From Narcine bancroftii (lineage: Eukaryota): a stretch of 64,000 nucleotides of DNA. The DNA lies in assembly GCF_036971445.1 (NCBI RefSeq), contig NC_091474.1, positions 16,182,001 through 16,246,000 on the forward strand, given 5' to 3'. Of this stretch, positions 51,931 through 64,000 are shown in pieces. How positions within the stretch are numbered: position 1 is the stretch's first letter; each line of letters opens with the position of its first letter. The notes beneath the pieces were generated by a model. It saw nothing but the letters and a program-made list of their open reading frames with translations, was not told the origin of the DNA and did not search any database. A program made the position numbers and the translations under genes.

Positions 51931-52647
51931 CTTGCTATCCACTAGACAAAATATCTCCACCAAGTTTCCCCATTCTATAACTCTGCTCCCCAACAATAAA
52001 AGTTCACAGCGAGACGCTACAAAACATGGTCTACTTGTATCTTGGAACCAAGTCTCAGAGTAGACAAATATAGAGAAATGATGAAATTCACTACTGCCTC
52101 CAATGCACCTTTGATTGACTGAGAAAAAAGAATATTTGAAGATCAAGACCTCTGACCTTCTGCAAAGTGAAAGTCTTCTATGCCAGCAGTGATCCTTGCC
52201 CTCCTAATGCTTCAGAGTACTGGATTACCCATCAGGTACTTGAAAAATACCTCTCACACTGTCTCTACACAATTCTCCAAACTCGCTGGAAGGCCAAGCA
52301 AATCATTGCGAGTGTCCTCTCCTTGGCTCACAGCCCCAGAATGGACCCCCAACTCTAATTTGCATTGTTCAGTAAGCCAGGTCTTTCACATGTCCGCACA
52401 GGGCTCCTGAAGCAAACACTCCACTTCAACCTCTGTCACAGATTATCAGGCTCAGAGGTATTGCTTAGGTGATTATTTGGAAACTAAATGACCTACTTTA
52501 CATGGATAGAACAACTTTAGAACCTTGAGCATTTTGACTCAAGGGATGAAAACAAGAAACTAACTAACTACAATATTTTCTGCAGACAGAAGAGGGAAAC
52601 AAGAGAGGCATTATTTATGGCCAAAGTATATAAAAGATTCATAGAAT

Positions 52648-53465
52648 AAAATGAAACATTACAGCAATTGTCTTTTGGCCCACAATGTTGTGCCGACCCA
52701 TATATTCCTACAAATAAATCTAAACCCTCATAACCCTCTATTTTTCTTTCATCCATGTACCTTTCTAAGGTTGTCTTAAATGCCCTTATTGTTCCAACTT
52801 CCACCACCACCCCTGGCAATGCATTCCAGGCACCCACAACTCTCTGTGTAAAAAAACATACCTCTCATGTCTCCCCTAAACTTATCCCCCCACCCCCCCC
52901 CCCCTCACTTTGTACAGATGTCCTCTGGTCTTTGCTGTTCCTGCCTTGGGAAAAGTGTGGTGACTGTCTACCTTCATATCATTTGAAAACTCACTGACCC
53001 ATCCCTCGACTTCTTCATCCAGGTCATTAATAAAAATCACAAAGAGGAAGGGCTCCAGAACAGATTCCTGCAGTACTCCTCTAGTCACTGATCTCCAGGT
53101 TGAATACATCCCTTCCACTACTGCTTTCTTCTTTCTACAGGCAAGCCAATTCTGAATCCATGCACCCAAGGTTCCATGGATCACATACCTTATGACTTTT
53201 GGAACGAGTACATTGTCAAATACATTACTAAAATCCACATACTGCCATACCTTCATCCATTTCTTTTCATTGCTTCCTCAAAAAGCTCAATTCTGCTCGT
53301 GAGGTACGGCCTACACCTCAAAAAGCTATGCGGACTATTCCTGAGAAGACTACTTCTCCAAATGCTTGTAAATTTGGTCCTTAAGAATCCTCTCCAATAA
53401 TATATCCACCACTGATGTAAGATTCACTGGTCTATAATCCCCGGATTCTCTCCATTACCTTTTTT
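52648..53465 (-). mobile_element. CR1 LINE fragment with internal deletion
   Basis: VDFSNVFD...WIQNWL...GVLQESVL.P.LF.IFINDLDE RT motifs and a CR1 tail. Confidence 0.8.
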
Positions 53466-54834
53466 AAAAAAAATATAAGTGGACCACATTTGACATTCCA
53501 GTAATTAAAGATAATTACAATCATAGAAGTTGAAGATTTTAAGTTTATGGTGGTTTGTCGGCAGAGAATATTATTATGTCTGACAAAATGTGGAAAGTAT
53601 TAGGGAGAAATAATGAGAAAATGGAGGAGATTTGATATAAATGAAATTATCTGGAACAGATTTGTCCTGAAGATGACTGAAATAAACCAGTCAACATCAA
53701 GATTCCACCAGTCAAGCAGAACTAAACACAAGATAGTCCATCCAGCTTCAAAATTATTTGTAAAAACTGCCTTCCAAAAGAGCTAGCATTGAGAAATATT
53801 TGTAATAAAAGATAATTATAGATAAATGCATTCACAGTAGCAAGAGTGCTTATCTCAATTATAGACAAAAACATGCTTAAACACAAAATGAGTCTAAAGT
53901 AGAGATGTATAATTTGGACATTCCAGTGTAGAATCAACTTAAATATTTACTTCAAGCAACATGGATCAGCACCTGGAATTACAACATTAAGACCATGACA
54001 GAGACTTGGCTGACCCAAGGGCAGAATTGGCTGCTTGATGTTTTGGGTTTAGAGGTTTCAAAAGGGATAGGGAGGGAGGTTAAAGTGTGGAAGGTAGGGG
54101 GAGTGGCATAGCTAATCATGGCAGATGGAACGATGGCAGATTTGATCATTCGATGACAGTCAAACTCCGCCATAAAATTTGGGACTTCTATATGTGAAAC
54201 TTTTGTGGGAGCTTAGATTAGGTGGGCAAAGGGCCTGTTTCTTTGCTGTAGCATTTGATGTTTATTATGCTATGAAATCTCAACATGCTGTGATGCTACC
54301 TTTAGTGGGAAAATCATGCATTTGCCTGAAAGGCTGCACTGCGCTTCACTGGAAGATGAGACATTGTTCTTCAGTCTTCGCCAGATCAGAATGGGAATGA
54401 GTCAGATTAAAGTGGCAGGCAATGCAAAGCTCATGCTTGCCGCTGCAAACTGAATGTGGGTGTCTGGCAAAACATGGTCAATAGGGTACAACGGGTTTGG
54501 TTTAGTTAATCCCCTTATGACAACTGGGGGTAGACAAAATGGACATGACCTTGAGCTTAGCAGGAAAGTTCGCAGACGCAGTGACTGTAGTACAATATAC
54601 TGAAGTGCTGGAGAAGAGGCATCTATAGGAAGTAAAGAATAACCAACGCTTTGGGTCTGAGACCTTTGTCAAGGTGTAAGCAAAAAGCAGGAAGGTGCCT
54701 GAATAAAATGGTGGTGGGGGGGGGGGGGGGAAGTGGGGGAGAGGAGGATGGAAGTGGCAGGGAGAGAAGCACAGGCTAACAGGTGGGACGGTAAGAGTGT
54801 AGGAGAGCCAGATCATAAACATTTAAGTCCGGAG

Positions 54835-55812
54835 ATCGAGATCAGTACAGCAGGAGCAGACATGACATGCGGAAAGCTATCTCCCGGGCCAAGTGGAGAT
54901 CCCAGATGAAAATGGAAACAATGAGGGACACGCGACAGCTGTGGCAGGGCCTAAATGCCATAACCTGTTAAAAACCCAAATCCGGTAAAGTAGCAGACGG
55001 CAAAGCTTCTCTACCAGAGGAACTCAATACCTTCTATACTCGATATGAGGACAGTAACAGCAAAGAACCATCCCTCCGCACACCGACATCCTCCGATGAT
55101 CGCATCCTGTCCGTATCCGAGGATGACATGTGTGGTACCTTCAGGAAAGTGAATCTGAGGAAAGCATCTGGCCCAGATGGAGTACCTGGCCAAATATTAA
55201 TGATCTATGCTGACCAACTTACCAAGCTATACACATAGATCTTCAATATTTCACTCCAACTGGACGTGGAACCCACCAGTTTCAAACAGGCATCAATCAT
55301 ACTGAAGAGTGCAGTTACCTGTCTTTAATGACTGTTGAACAGTAGCTCTTACATCAACAGTATAAAGTGCTTTGAAAGGCTAATGATGAAGCAGATCAGC
55401 TCCTGTCTGAGCAGTGACATGGATTCATTCCAGTTCACCTAACATAGTAACAGGTCTATGGCAGATGCCATTTTACTGGCTCTACACAAAGCTTTGCAAC
55501 ACCTAGACAGCAAAGATGCATACATCATCGACTACTGTTCAGCATTTAACACCATCACACCCCTCAAAATTGATCAGCAAACTTTAAGACCTGGCAGTTA
55601 ACACCCCAATGTGTAAATGGACTGTGGATTTCCTCACCTCCAGACCACAATCAGTGAAGATTGGTAAGAACTTTTCCTCCACAACCTCCATCAGTAATGA
55701 AGCACCACGGGGCTGTGTTCTTAGCCCCTTGCTCTATTCACTTTACATCTATGACTGTGTAGCTTGGAACAACAATAACATCATCTACAAATTTTCTGAT
55801 GATACCACAGAC
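54835..55812 (+). mobile_element. Rex1/Babar RT fragment
   Basis: KASGPDGVPG, APRGCVLSPLLYSLY..DC and IYKFSDDTT (FADD equivalent). Confidence 0.8.
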
Positions 55813-56029
55813 ATTTCCTGATATAGTTAACTACCTGGGCAAGTTCATCCTGAACTTGTGAATCCATGACTCCATTGCAACAGCTTACACCCAAGGACGT
55901 GGAGCGGACTTGGCATGAACAGCAATAGAATGCGTCTGACATTTAAGGAAGCACAAATCATGCCCACCAGTTTTGTCGTATTATGACGTCCGAAAGCCAG
56001 TAATGCTGGCCTGTGATGCTTTGCAGTAA

Positions 56030-57914
56030 GGGCTCGGTGCAGCATGCTTGCAAGATAGAAAGCCAGTCACTCACCAATACAGAGACCAGGTACATGCAAA
56101 TCAAGAAAGACTTGTTGGTAATGGTTTTCACCTGTTCCAAGTTTACTCAATACATCTATGGTAAAAAGCAAGTGATCATAGAGACCGATCACAAACCCCT
56201 GGTCGCAATATTGAAGAAGCCCATACAGCAGCACCCGCGAGGTTATAGAGAATAATGCAATATCACCCTGTGGAAAAGAGATGCACCTTGCCGACATGCT
56301 GTCTCATCCCCCCCCACCCACTGTCCAACTATTTCAACGTAATGACAGTCACTCACATATCATCATCTCGCCTGGTGGAGCTAAGGAGACACACGGCAGA
56401 GGACCCTACTTTAAAGACTCTTGGCCAAACAAGCAGTGCAGAATGCCACCAACAGTGCCCCCCAACTTCCTGTTCCGTGACGAGCTGCTCATTGATGAAG
56501 GGATCGTAATGGAAGGCCAGAGAGCTGTGATTCCCAACTCGCTGCAGAATACATATGTCAACATCCTGCGCAGACGAAATCTGGGTGCAGAGGTAACAAA
56601 ACGGAGGGAGAGGGACATAGTTTTTTGGCCTAGGATGACCGATAACATTGAACAAGAGTTGCAAGCTTTCTCAGTGTGCAACAGCACTAAGTCACACCAG
56701 CAGAAGGAACCATTACTGCTTCATCCAGTCCCAGACTTACCTTGGTCAACTGTGGGAACTGCCATTTTCAAGTGGTGATGCCAGCAGCACCTAGTGTTGG
56801 TTGATTTGTATTTGGGGTAGTACGAAATAGACCTGTTATGTGATGATACTTCCACAACAGTTGAAAAGGCACTTCTCAGTACATGGAGCACCACACACCC
56901 TGTTTTCAGATAACAGCAGACAGTTTATGAGGCAAAAATTTAAGGATGTCGCCACAGAGTGAGACTTCATTCATATTCCCTACAGCCCGGAATACCCACA
57001 GTCTAATAGGATGGCTGAGAAAGCTGGAAGAAGTGCAAAACAACTCATGGAAAAGTCCTACAGGGAGAAAACAGATACATTCCTCAATCTGCTTAACCTG
57101 AGGAACATCCCTCATGAGGCCACATTTGGGTCTCTGGCGCAGAGAATGATGTTGAGACAGATCCACAGGAAGCTTCTGGAGCCTCAAATGAGAAATCTAC
57201 AGGATATAAAAGCCCAGATGTTGAGCAAAAGACTGTTGCAGAAGGAGTGCTACACAAGGTAAGCCGACCGTCTGAGCCTTTGACAGAGGGACAAGTCGTC
57301 AGGATGCAACCTTTGTAGGGCTATGACAGGACTGGCATGGTTGAAGAAAGCTGCCAGGAGCCAAGGTCATACCTGGTCCGATCGGAAGGAAAAGTGTACA
57401 GGAGAAATTGATGACACATCCTTCCTTTAAGGGAGCCAGTCCCAGTTCAACATGATCCTGATGAGACTGTGTACCAGAATACAGGACGTAAGCCTAAAGA
57501 CAGTGGTAAGCCCTCAGTAGCCATACTTGAGATAATGGACAGTACACATTCTCAGGTTGAGGTACCCCAGGCCTCTACCTCCATAGAGGGCTATTACTGG
57601 ATGTGCTCGAAGCACATCTGTAAACCGAACCTCAAGTACAAAGACTGATCCACATCGGCTGTGTTCGTTGTGTAATGTTACCTTGTGAATTGTGTTACTT
57701 TGGGGGCTTACTAAAGAAAGGGAATGTAGCCCAGTCACTCGGCACCTGCTGCAATTGTGTTACAGCCACCGTGCTCTGGTTGGGCAGGCAGTTAGTTCAA
57801 CAGAGTTCAGGCGTGGAATGGCTGCCAAGTACAGAGCTCCCACTAACCTGTAAATAATAGTAAATAGTTATTATTATAACCTCTCCTCTTAATCATGTTG
57901 TTACTACCACCACA
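56030..57914 (+). mobile_element. Ty3/Gypsy LTR retrotransposon remnant (RNase H, integrase, PPT, 3' LTR)
   Basis: SLT.TETRY.QI.KDLL...IETDHKPLVAI (RNase H); FWPRM..IE...CN (integrase zinc domain); SDN..QF and SPEYPQSN.MAE (integrase core). PPT aaagaaagggaa at 57713-57724 is followed by a TG...CA LTR at about 57725-57914. Confidence 0.85.
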
Positions 57915-59339
57915 AACAGTTGGATGGTACATGTGCAATCAGATGATAATAAACTTGACTTAAACAAAGACATTCAAAAAAACATTTAACTCAAATTAAT
58001 TAAAATATAAATTGGTTGTTATTTGCCCTTTTTCTGCCCATCATTCAATTTCCATCAAATCTGATGCAAATTGCCAGGTCCCTGGTTCACTATAGGCAAA
58101 ATCTCAACTGTATGTGCCTTGGTCAACAATCTAATATCAAGGGAACTGCCAGTAAATCCATGAAAAACACCAACAAGCAGTTACCAGGAAGTTTCAGCCC
58201 ATGTGCTTTTTTTAAGCATCAACATGATTTTCAAAGCCAAATCACTGGAAAAGTAATCAACATGCTCCAACTTCAAACCCAGTTTCGTGCCAGCTGTCTA
58301 ATGTGTGGACGTCACCCATTAATAGAGATCCACAGTAAAATATTTCGACACTGAAAAGTGCTGATCATTTTGAAAGAAAACAATGAATACCCTGTGGATG
58401 TTTTATATAATGAAAGTGGACTTTCCAAAAAGGCTTGGTGAGAATCCAGTGTGAACAGCAAAAACAGCTTCATAAACCGGTTCAATGAATGGCCACTTTA
58501 CAGGTTAGCCTGTGTGAAAAGGTCGAATATATATTCCTGTGCAATTCAACAATCAGCTTGGAATTTAATAACTTAAAGCACAAAACTGATCTTCTATTGT
58601 GCAAGCATTCATTTCTCCAATAAAGTGTTGCCTCATGAGAGTACTATTATTTCATGACTTAATCTTGACTTTAAACTTCAGTTCCAGGTTGACATACAAA
58701 AAACATTCACAAAAACGTTGCAACACCAATAATTTCTAACCAAACTTGAATTTATTTTTGCAAATGGAAAGCCAACAGTCATCTCAGTTTTCTCCATTTC
58801 CAATTGGAATAAACATTATGTCATGATGTTGAGTCTTTCTGATCCAACTCAGCGATTAAATTCAGCCTGCTTGAGGTGTAACTGTGGGCCTTGAATTTGT
58901 TCTTCACTATGAACATCTTTGGTCTTTTAATGCCTGCATCTTCACATTTTCTTCCAGCCTTAAGGTATTGTCTACCATGCCCATTTACCATATGGAATAT
59001 GACTTTGCATTCTCAAAACTCATGTTTGATTCAAAATTATTCAATGACTTTTGGTATGGAGCCATTCCAATATAATCCAAATATACAAGCAAAAGTTGGT
59101 GACATTTCTCATTCAGAAAGAAATTAACCAGCACATAGGATATGGGTTTATTCTTGGTCTGTGAACAATTGGACAAAGAACATTTAAAACAATCCCACAT
59201 ACTCTGTCAATGCAATTGTTTAAAAATGTTTGTATAAGCATAGGAAAAATACTCCTGTATGTTTGAACCTCTTCCACTGTAATATATTAACAAAATACAC
59301 CAATGCTTTACAGCTCATTCCACTATTGTCCATGCAAAA

Positions 59340-59850
59340 ATTTACATCTCTTTTAAACCTCTTTCTCACGTACCCTCTAATTGTAGACACCCATCCCGCG
59401 GAAAATAGCCACTACCCTACATATTCCTTTCATAAATGTTTTGTCTTTATTTTGTCATCTCTTAACCTCCTTTGATCTGCAGTGGTGGGGGTGGGGGCAA
59501 GAGGAGAAATCAGATCAATCCTATTCAATTGTTCCTTGTAACTCAAGCCCTTCAATCAACGAAACATCCTTGGGAATCTTTTCTGCACCCTTTCTGGCTC
59601 AACAAGTTCGAGTTATTGTAGTGCCGTGACTAGAACTGCAAACAATACTCTAAATACTATTTTGTACCACTACCATACAACTTTCCAGCTCCTGTACTCC
59701 ATGCCTCAGCTGAGAAAAGAAAGTGTGCCACATGCCTTCCTCCTCACCCTGCCGACCAATGATGCCAGTTTCCGGAATCTGGGTTCTTGTACTCCGAGGT
59801 CTTTCTGCAATTCTAAAATAGTTGACACAATCCCTTGACATCTATGTCCA
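59340..59850 (-). mobile_element. Old CR1 fragment
   Basis: Degenerate similarity to the other minus-strand CR1 ORF2 3' regions. Confidence 0.45.
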
Positions 59851-60261
59851 GGCTACTCATGGCAACATGGTCAATCACCTGGAAGAGTGTAGCAACGAGC
59901 CAAGAAACCACACAAAACAGAAATAATTATTTTTGACACTGCTTATAAAACATGGATCCACCTGTTATATAAGAATGTATGTTGCACGTATAGCCTGTGG
60001 AATACAATGTAGTAACTCAATCAATTAATTACAATGGCACCTCATTCTCTTTCAATACATGCATTTCTGTAATTCTGCATGATTATACACCACACAACCT
60101 TGAGACACAAACTTCAGCATTGTGGGATCAATGGCAGACAATGAAATCCAGTACAGGTGACTCCAGAATTACAGAAATGCACCCTTATAGAATTCACGAA
60201 TTAGGACCCAAAGTTTGAAATAACATTTACTCTCATGAAACAGTAAATTCATATTTGTTCA

Positions 60262-60565
60262 AATTTTGAGAGTACATAGGCTGTATGTTCCTATCAGAAT
60301 TAAAGGTAAGATTAGGAGACATAGCAAACCTTGGGTTTTTTTTTAAGGGATATTGGGATCTGGTTTGGGAAGATTATATAGTAGGTATAGACAACATGGA
60401 GCAAATTTGAGAAGTATAAAAATTCAAGAAAAACCTGAAGAAAGAAATCAGAAGGCTAAAAGAAGACATGAGGTTGTGTTGGCAGACAATGTAAAAGTAA
60501 ATCCTAAGGGTTTCTACAAGAACATTAAGAGCAAAATGATAGTAAGGGACAAAATTGGTCCCTGT
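60262..60565 (+). mobile_element. CR1 ORF2 fragment
   Basis: KAKRRHE..LADNVKVNPKGFYKNIKSK.IVRDKIGP. Confidence 0.75.
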
Positions 60566-60704
60566 CTAATGATCAGGAGGATTACTCACACTCTATCATT
60601 ACATCCCCTTTCCTTGAGATGTTTAATCTAACTATATGACACACGAATACAGTATTCATTTCAATTTAAAGGTCAACACAAACGCACATATAAAATTCAA
60701 GACA

Positions 60705-61500
60705 AAGCAACTCAGCTAGCAGATGCTCTCAGCCACATCTTTAACATCTCCCTGAGAAGTGCTGTGCTTTAAAGCCACCACCATTGTCCACGTACCGAAG
60801 ACGTCGTCTGTGTCCTGCATAAAGGACTACCACCCTGTCGCACTCACGTCCATCATCATGAACTACTTCTAGAGGCTCATCACGGGGCACATCGATCTCC
60901 TTCTGTCCTCGTTACTGGACCCCCTGCAGTTTGCGTACAAATCCAACCACTCTATGGGTGATGCTATCACGATTGCCCTTTATTTAGCCCTCACCTACTT
61001 GAAAAATAAGGATTCATTTGTTTGAATACTCTTTATTGACTTCAGATCTCGTACCTCAGTACCTGATAGAGAAGTTGAGCCTGCTGGGTCTAAACACTTC
61101 CCTCTGTAATTGGATTCTTGACTTCCTGTTGGGGAGACCTCAAGCAGTCTAGATCAGTTATAGCACTTCCAAGACCATCACACTGAGCTTGGGGGACTCC
61201 CAGGGCTGCGTGCTTAACCAATGCTGTTCATTCTGCTGACCTACGACTGAGAAGATAAACACAGCTCAAACCACATCATCAAGTTCACTGATGACACGAC
61301 CATGGTGGGCCTGATCAGTAAGAATGACGAGTCAGTGTACAGAGATGAGGTGAATTCGCTAATGGACTGGTGCAGAGCCAACAACCTGTATCTGAACATT
61401 AATAAAATGAAAGAGATGGTCACTGACCTCAGGAGGGCCTGGGGATGACCACGCTCTGCTGACCATTAATGGCTCCACTGTTGAGGTCATGAAGAGTAGG
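60705..61500 (+). mobile_element. Rex1/Babar RT fragment
   Basis: [26 protein letters not shown] and IIKFTDDTT motifs. Confidence 0.8.
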
Positions 61501-61634
61501 CAAGTATAGTACGTTGTCTACGTCTCATCAGAAGCTCAGTGGGTGAGTGACCTGCCATGTTCACGAGGTGAAGCTCTGTAACTCAACGGATCTGAGCCAA
61601 TTTTTAGTGCTTTTTTATGCAAATGTTTAACTAT

Positions 61635-62150
61635 AGGCTTTTTCAGGTGCATTCTACACTAAGAATGCGCCTGAAGAAGCAGAAGCGGCCCTTTAAATTG
61701 CCGTTCAGGTGGCAGCGTTGAAAGCGCAATGCTGGCCACGTGAAGGACACAGCTGCACCAGATGCGCCTCTGAGCACACTCCGGCCCAGTGTCAGCTTTG
61801 CTCCCGCCCACCGATGTGATGTCATTTTGAGCGCGACAAGAAGGAACACAGGTCAATGGCAGGCCCTGTGCAGGCAGGAGACATAATAATGATGATTTCA
61901 GCGTTTCTTAGTGTTCAGAATGAGATACAGCAGATTCTTGGTAAGGCTATTTGTGCTGTTGAAGCTTTTCAATCGTCCTTGAGATTTGAAAATCGCATAG
62001 GTGCAATCAGGAGAAGGTTCCTGAAAAGGTTGAGGGCAAGAAGACACCAGTTAGCTGTCGAAAGGTGCGTGAAGCGTAAGCGCCGCAGACGAAGGCAAAT
62101 GCTGCTGGTCAGTTAATTAGGTATGGTGACACATCGGTCTCTCTGGAGGT
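61635..62150 (+). other. CpG-rich segment with an 86-aa basic ORF; possible 5' end of a PIF/Harbinger-type DNA transposon
   Basis: ORF 61856-62116 ends in an Arg-rich tract (KRKRRRRR) with a possible donor ctg|gtcagt; the upstream region has CACGTG, CCCGCCC and TGATGTCA. The family assignment is inference only. Confidence 0.3.
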
Positions 62151-62184
62151 TGAGGAAATGCTTGCTGGTGTTAAAGCATATTGT

Positions 62185-63470
62185 CGAATCCCCAGGGTAT
62201 GACAAGATATTCCCTCAGATCTTGAGGGAGGCTATTGTAGAAATTGTAGGGGCTCTGGCAGAAATATTTAAAATGTCCTTAACCATAGGTGTTGTGCCGG
62301 AGGAATGGAGGGTAGTTCACATTGTTCCATTGTTTAAAAAAAGGCTCCAAATTAACTCTGGAAATTATAGGCAGGTGAGCCTAACATCAGTAATAGGTAA
62401 ATTATTGGAAGGTGTTCTAAGAGATTGTATATACAATTATTTGGATAGCCAGAAAAAGGTTAGGGATAGTCAACTTGGCTTAGTGTCTGGTAGATCACAT
62501 ATAACCAATTTCATAGAATTGTTTCGAGATTACCTGGAAAGTTGACAAAAGCTGTGGGTGTTGACTACATGGATATGGCAAATTATATCAGTAAGTTTGC
62601 AGATGACACTAAGATTGGACGAGTTATGGGCAGCAAAGGTTTCCAAAGCTTGCAGAGGGATCTGGACCAACTGGAAAAATGGGCTGAAAAATTGCAGTCA
62701 TACAGAAATTGTGAGGTGTTGTATTTTGCAAGGACAAACCAAGAAAGGACATACAGTAGGGCATTGAGGATTGCAGTAGAACATTACAAATACATAATTC
62801 CCTGAAAGTGACATCACAGGTGGATAACATTATAAAGGGAGGTGTTGGCATATTAGCCTTCATAAATCAAATTGTTGAGTACAGGAGCTAGGATGTTATG
62901 GTAAAGTTGTATTAGACATTGGTGAGGCCAAATTTGGAGTATTGTGTGCAGTTTTGGTCAACCAATTACTGAAAAGATATCACTAAGATAGAAAGAGAGC
63001 AGAGGAAATTTTCTTGGATGCTGCCTGGACTTCTGGAACTAAGTTACAGGGAAAGGTTAAGCAGATTATGACTTTATTCCCTGGAATGTAAAAGAATGAG
63101 CATAGGTTTGACGGAGGTATTTAAAATTTGAGAGAGAGTAAACATAGATGGTCTTTTTTCACTGGTCTTTTTCTACTAGTTGCAGTACAAATTGGGAGGA
63201 CATGGGTGAAGAGTGAAAAGGGAAAAGTTGAGGCAGAACATGAGGGATAGCTTCTTCACACAGAGAGTGGTGGGAACATGAAACAAGCTGCCAGCTGAGT
63301 TGGTGAATGCAGGCTCAATTTTAACATTTAAGAAGAATTTGGACAGGGACATGTTGGGAGAGGTATAGAGGGCTATGGACAGCAGGGTGCAGGTCAATGG
63401 GATTAGGCAAAAAAACAATGGTTCGGCACAGACTAGAAGGGGCCTGTTTCTGTGCTGTAATGTTCTTTTG
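62185..63470 (+). mobile_element. CR1 LINE ORF2 and 3' end with deletions
   Basis: SPGYDKIFPQIL...VPEEWRVVHIVPLFKK...NYRQVSLTS and ISKFADDTKIG motifs; CR1 tail. Confidence 0.88.
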
Positions 63471-64000
63471 TTCTTTTGGTTTCTTGATGCATAATCAGAT
63501 GATGAAGCTCTGCATTATGGAAAATAATGCTACAGATCATTTTGTTTTTAAAAGGAATGCAATTCCACCCCTCCCCCCACCCCAGTACAGTGTCACCTGT
63601 TCTATTACAAGGACGTGTATCAATGTCCATTCACATTGATGAAAATCTTTAACCATGAATGGATGGAAGGCAACTTGGTATGTTGTTATGTGGAGGAATG
63701 TACGTTTCCCTGGCACTGACATTGGCAGAGCGGTTCCAGCTGCATGGGGGATTGTGGGTAACAAAGACAGCCATTGATCCCACTGTGCCTTGGCCTTTTG
63801 TTTCTGATGCCTGGTGACAATTTAGAAGTCATGAAAACACCCTGTTACCATCCAGGTACAGTTGTAAATTTGCTGCTCCGCAAGATGAAAGACATGATCG
63901 TTGGCTTCAGGAGAGACCAAACCTCTGTCCACATTGTTGGCGTTATAGTGGAAAGGATAGATGGCTTCAAGCTCTAAGGTACAAACATCTCCAAAGACCT

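Noticed and set aside
56-63180. Short local tandem duplications (e.g. aatgcaatgcacttac near 56-88, atgaattccaa near 18768, ttctcgtgttacaat near 40057, ggtcttttt near 63151)
   Set aside because: Ordinary slippage duplications with no evident function.

Overview
This is eukaryotic, AT-rich, repeat-dense vertebrate genomic DNA. The repeat complement (V-SINEs, CR1, Rex1/Babar, Penelope-like elements, RTE) suggests a cartilaginous fish, probably a ray or skate (inference). The only host protein-coding sequence I can support is the first coding exon of the organic anion transporter SLCO4A1/OATP4A1 (minus strand, ATG at 9083, phase-1 GT donor at 8344). Everything else looks intronic or upstream and is largely transposon-derived: five young RTE LINE copies with TSDs (one near full length), many CR1 and Rex1/Babar fragments, a Tc1 fossil, a non-autonomous hAT element, a Gypsy remnant, L1 and Penelope fragments, V-SINEs and two minisatellites. 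I found no prokaryotic-type system (CRISPR, operons) and no convincing novel multi-gene system. The most interesting local signals are: a TSD-flanked poly(A) insertion that duplicates a candidate SLCO4A1 splice acceptor; a tail-to-tail inverted RTE pair; a structured, palindrome-capped RTE 5' end; an 18-copy TACGTG (HRE-core) minisatellite; and a 141-bp near-perfect inverted duplication. Boundaries of old repeats are approximate and were judged by eye.
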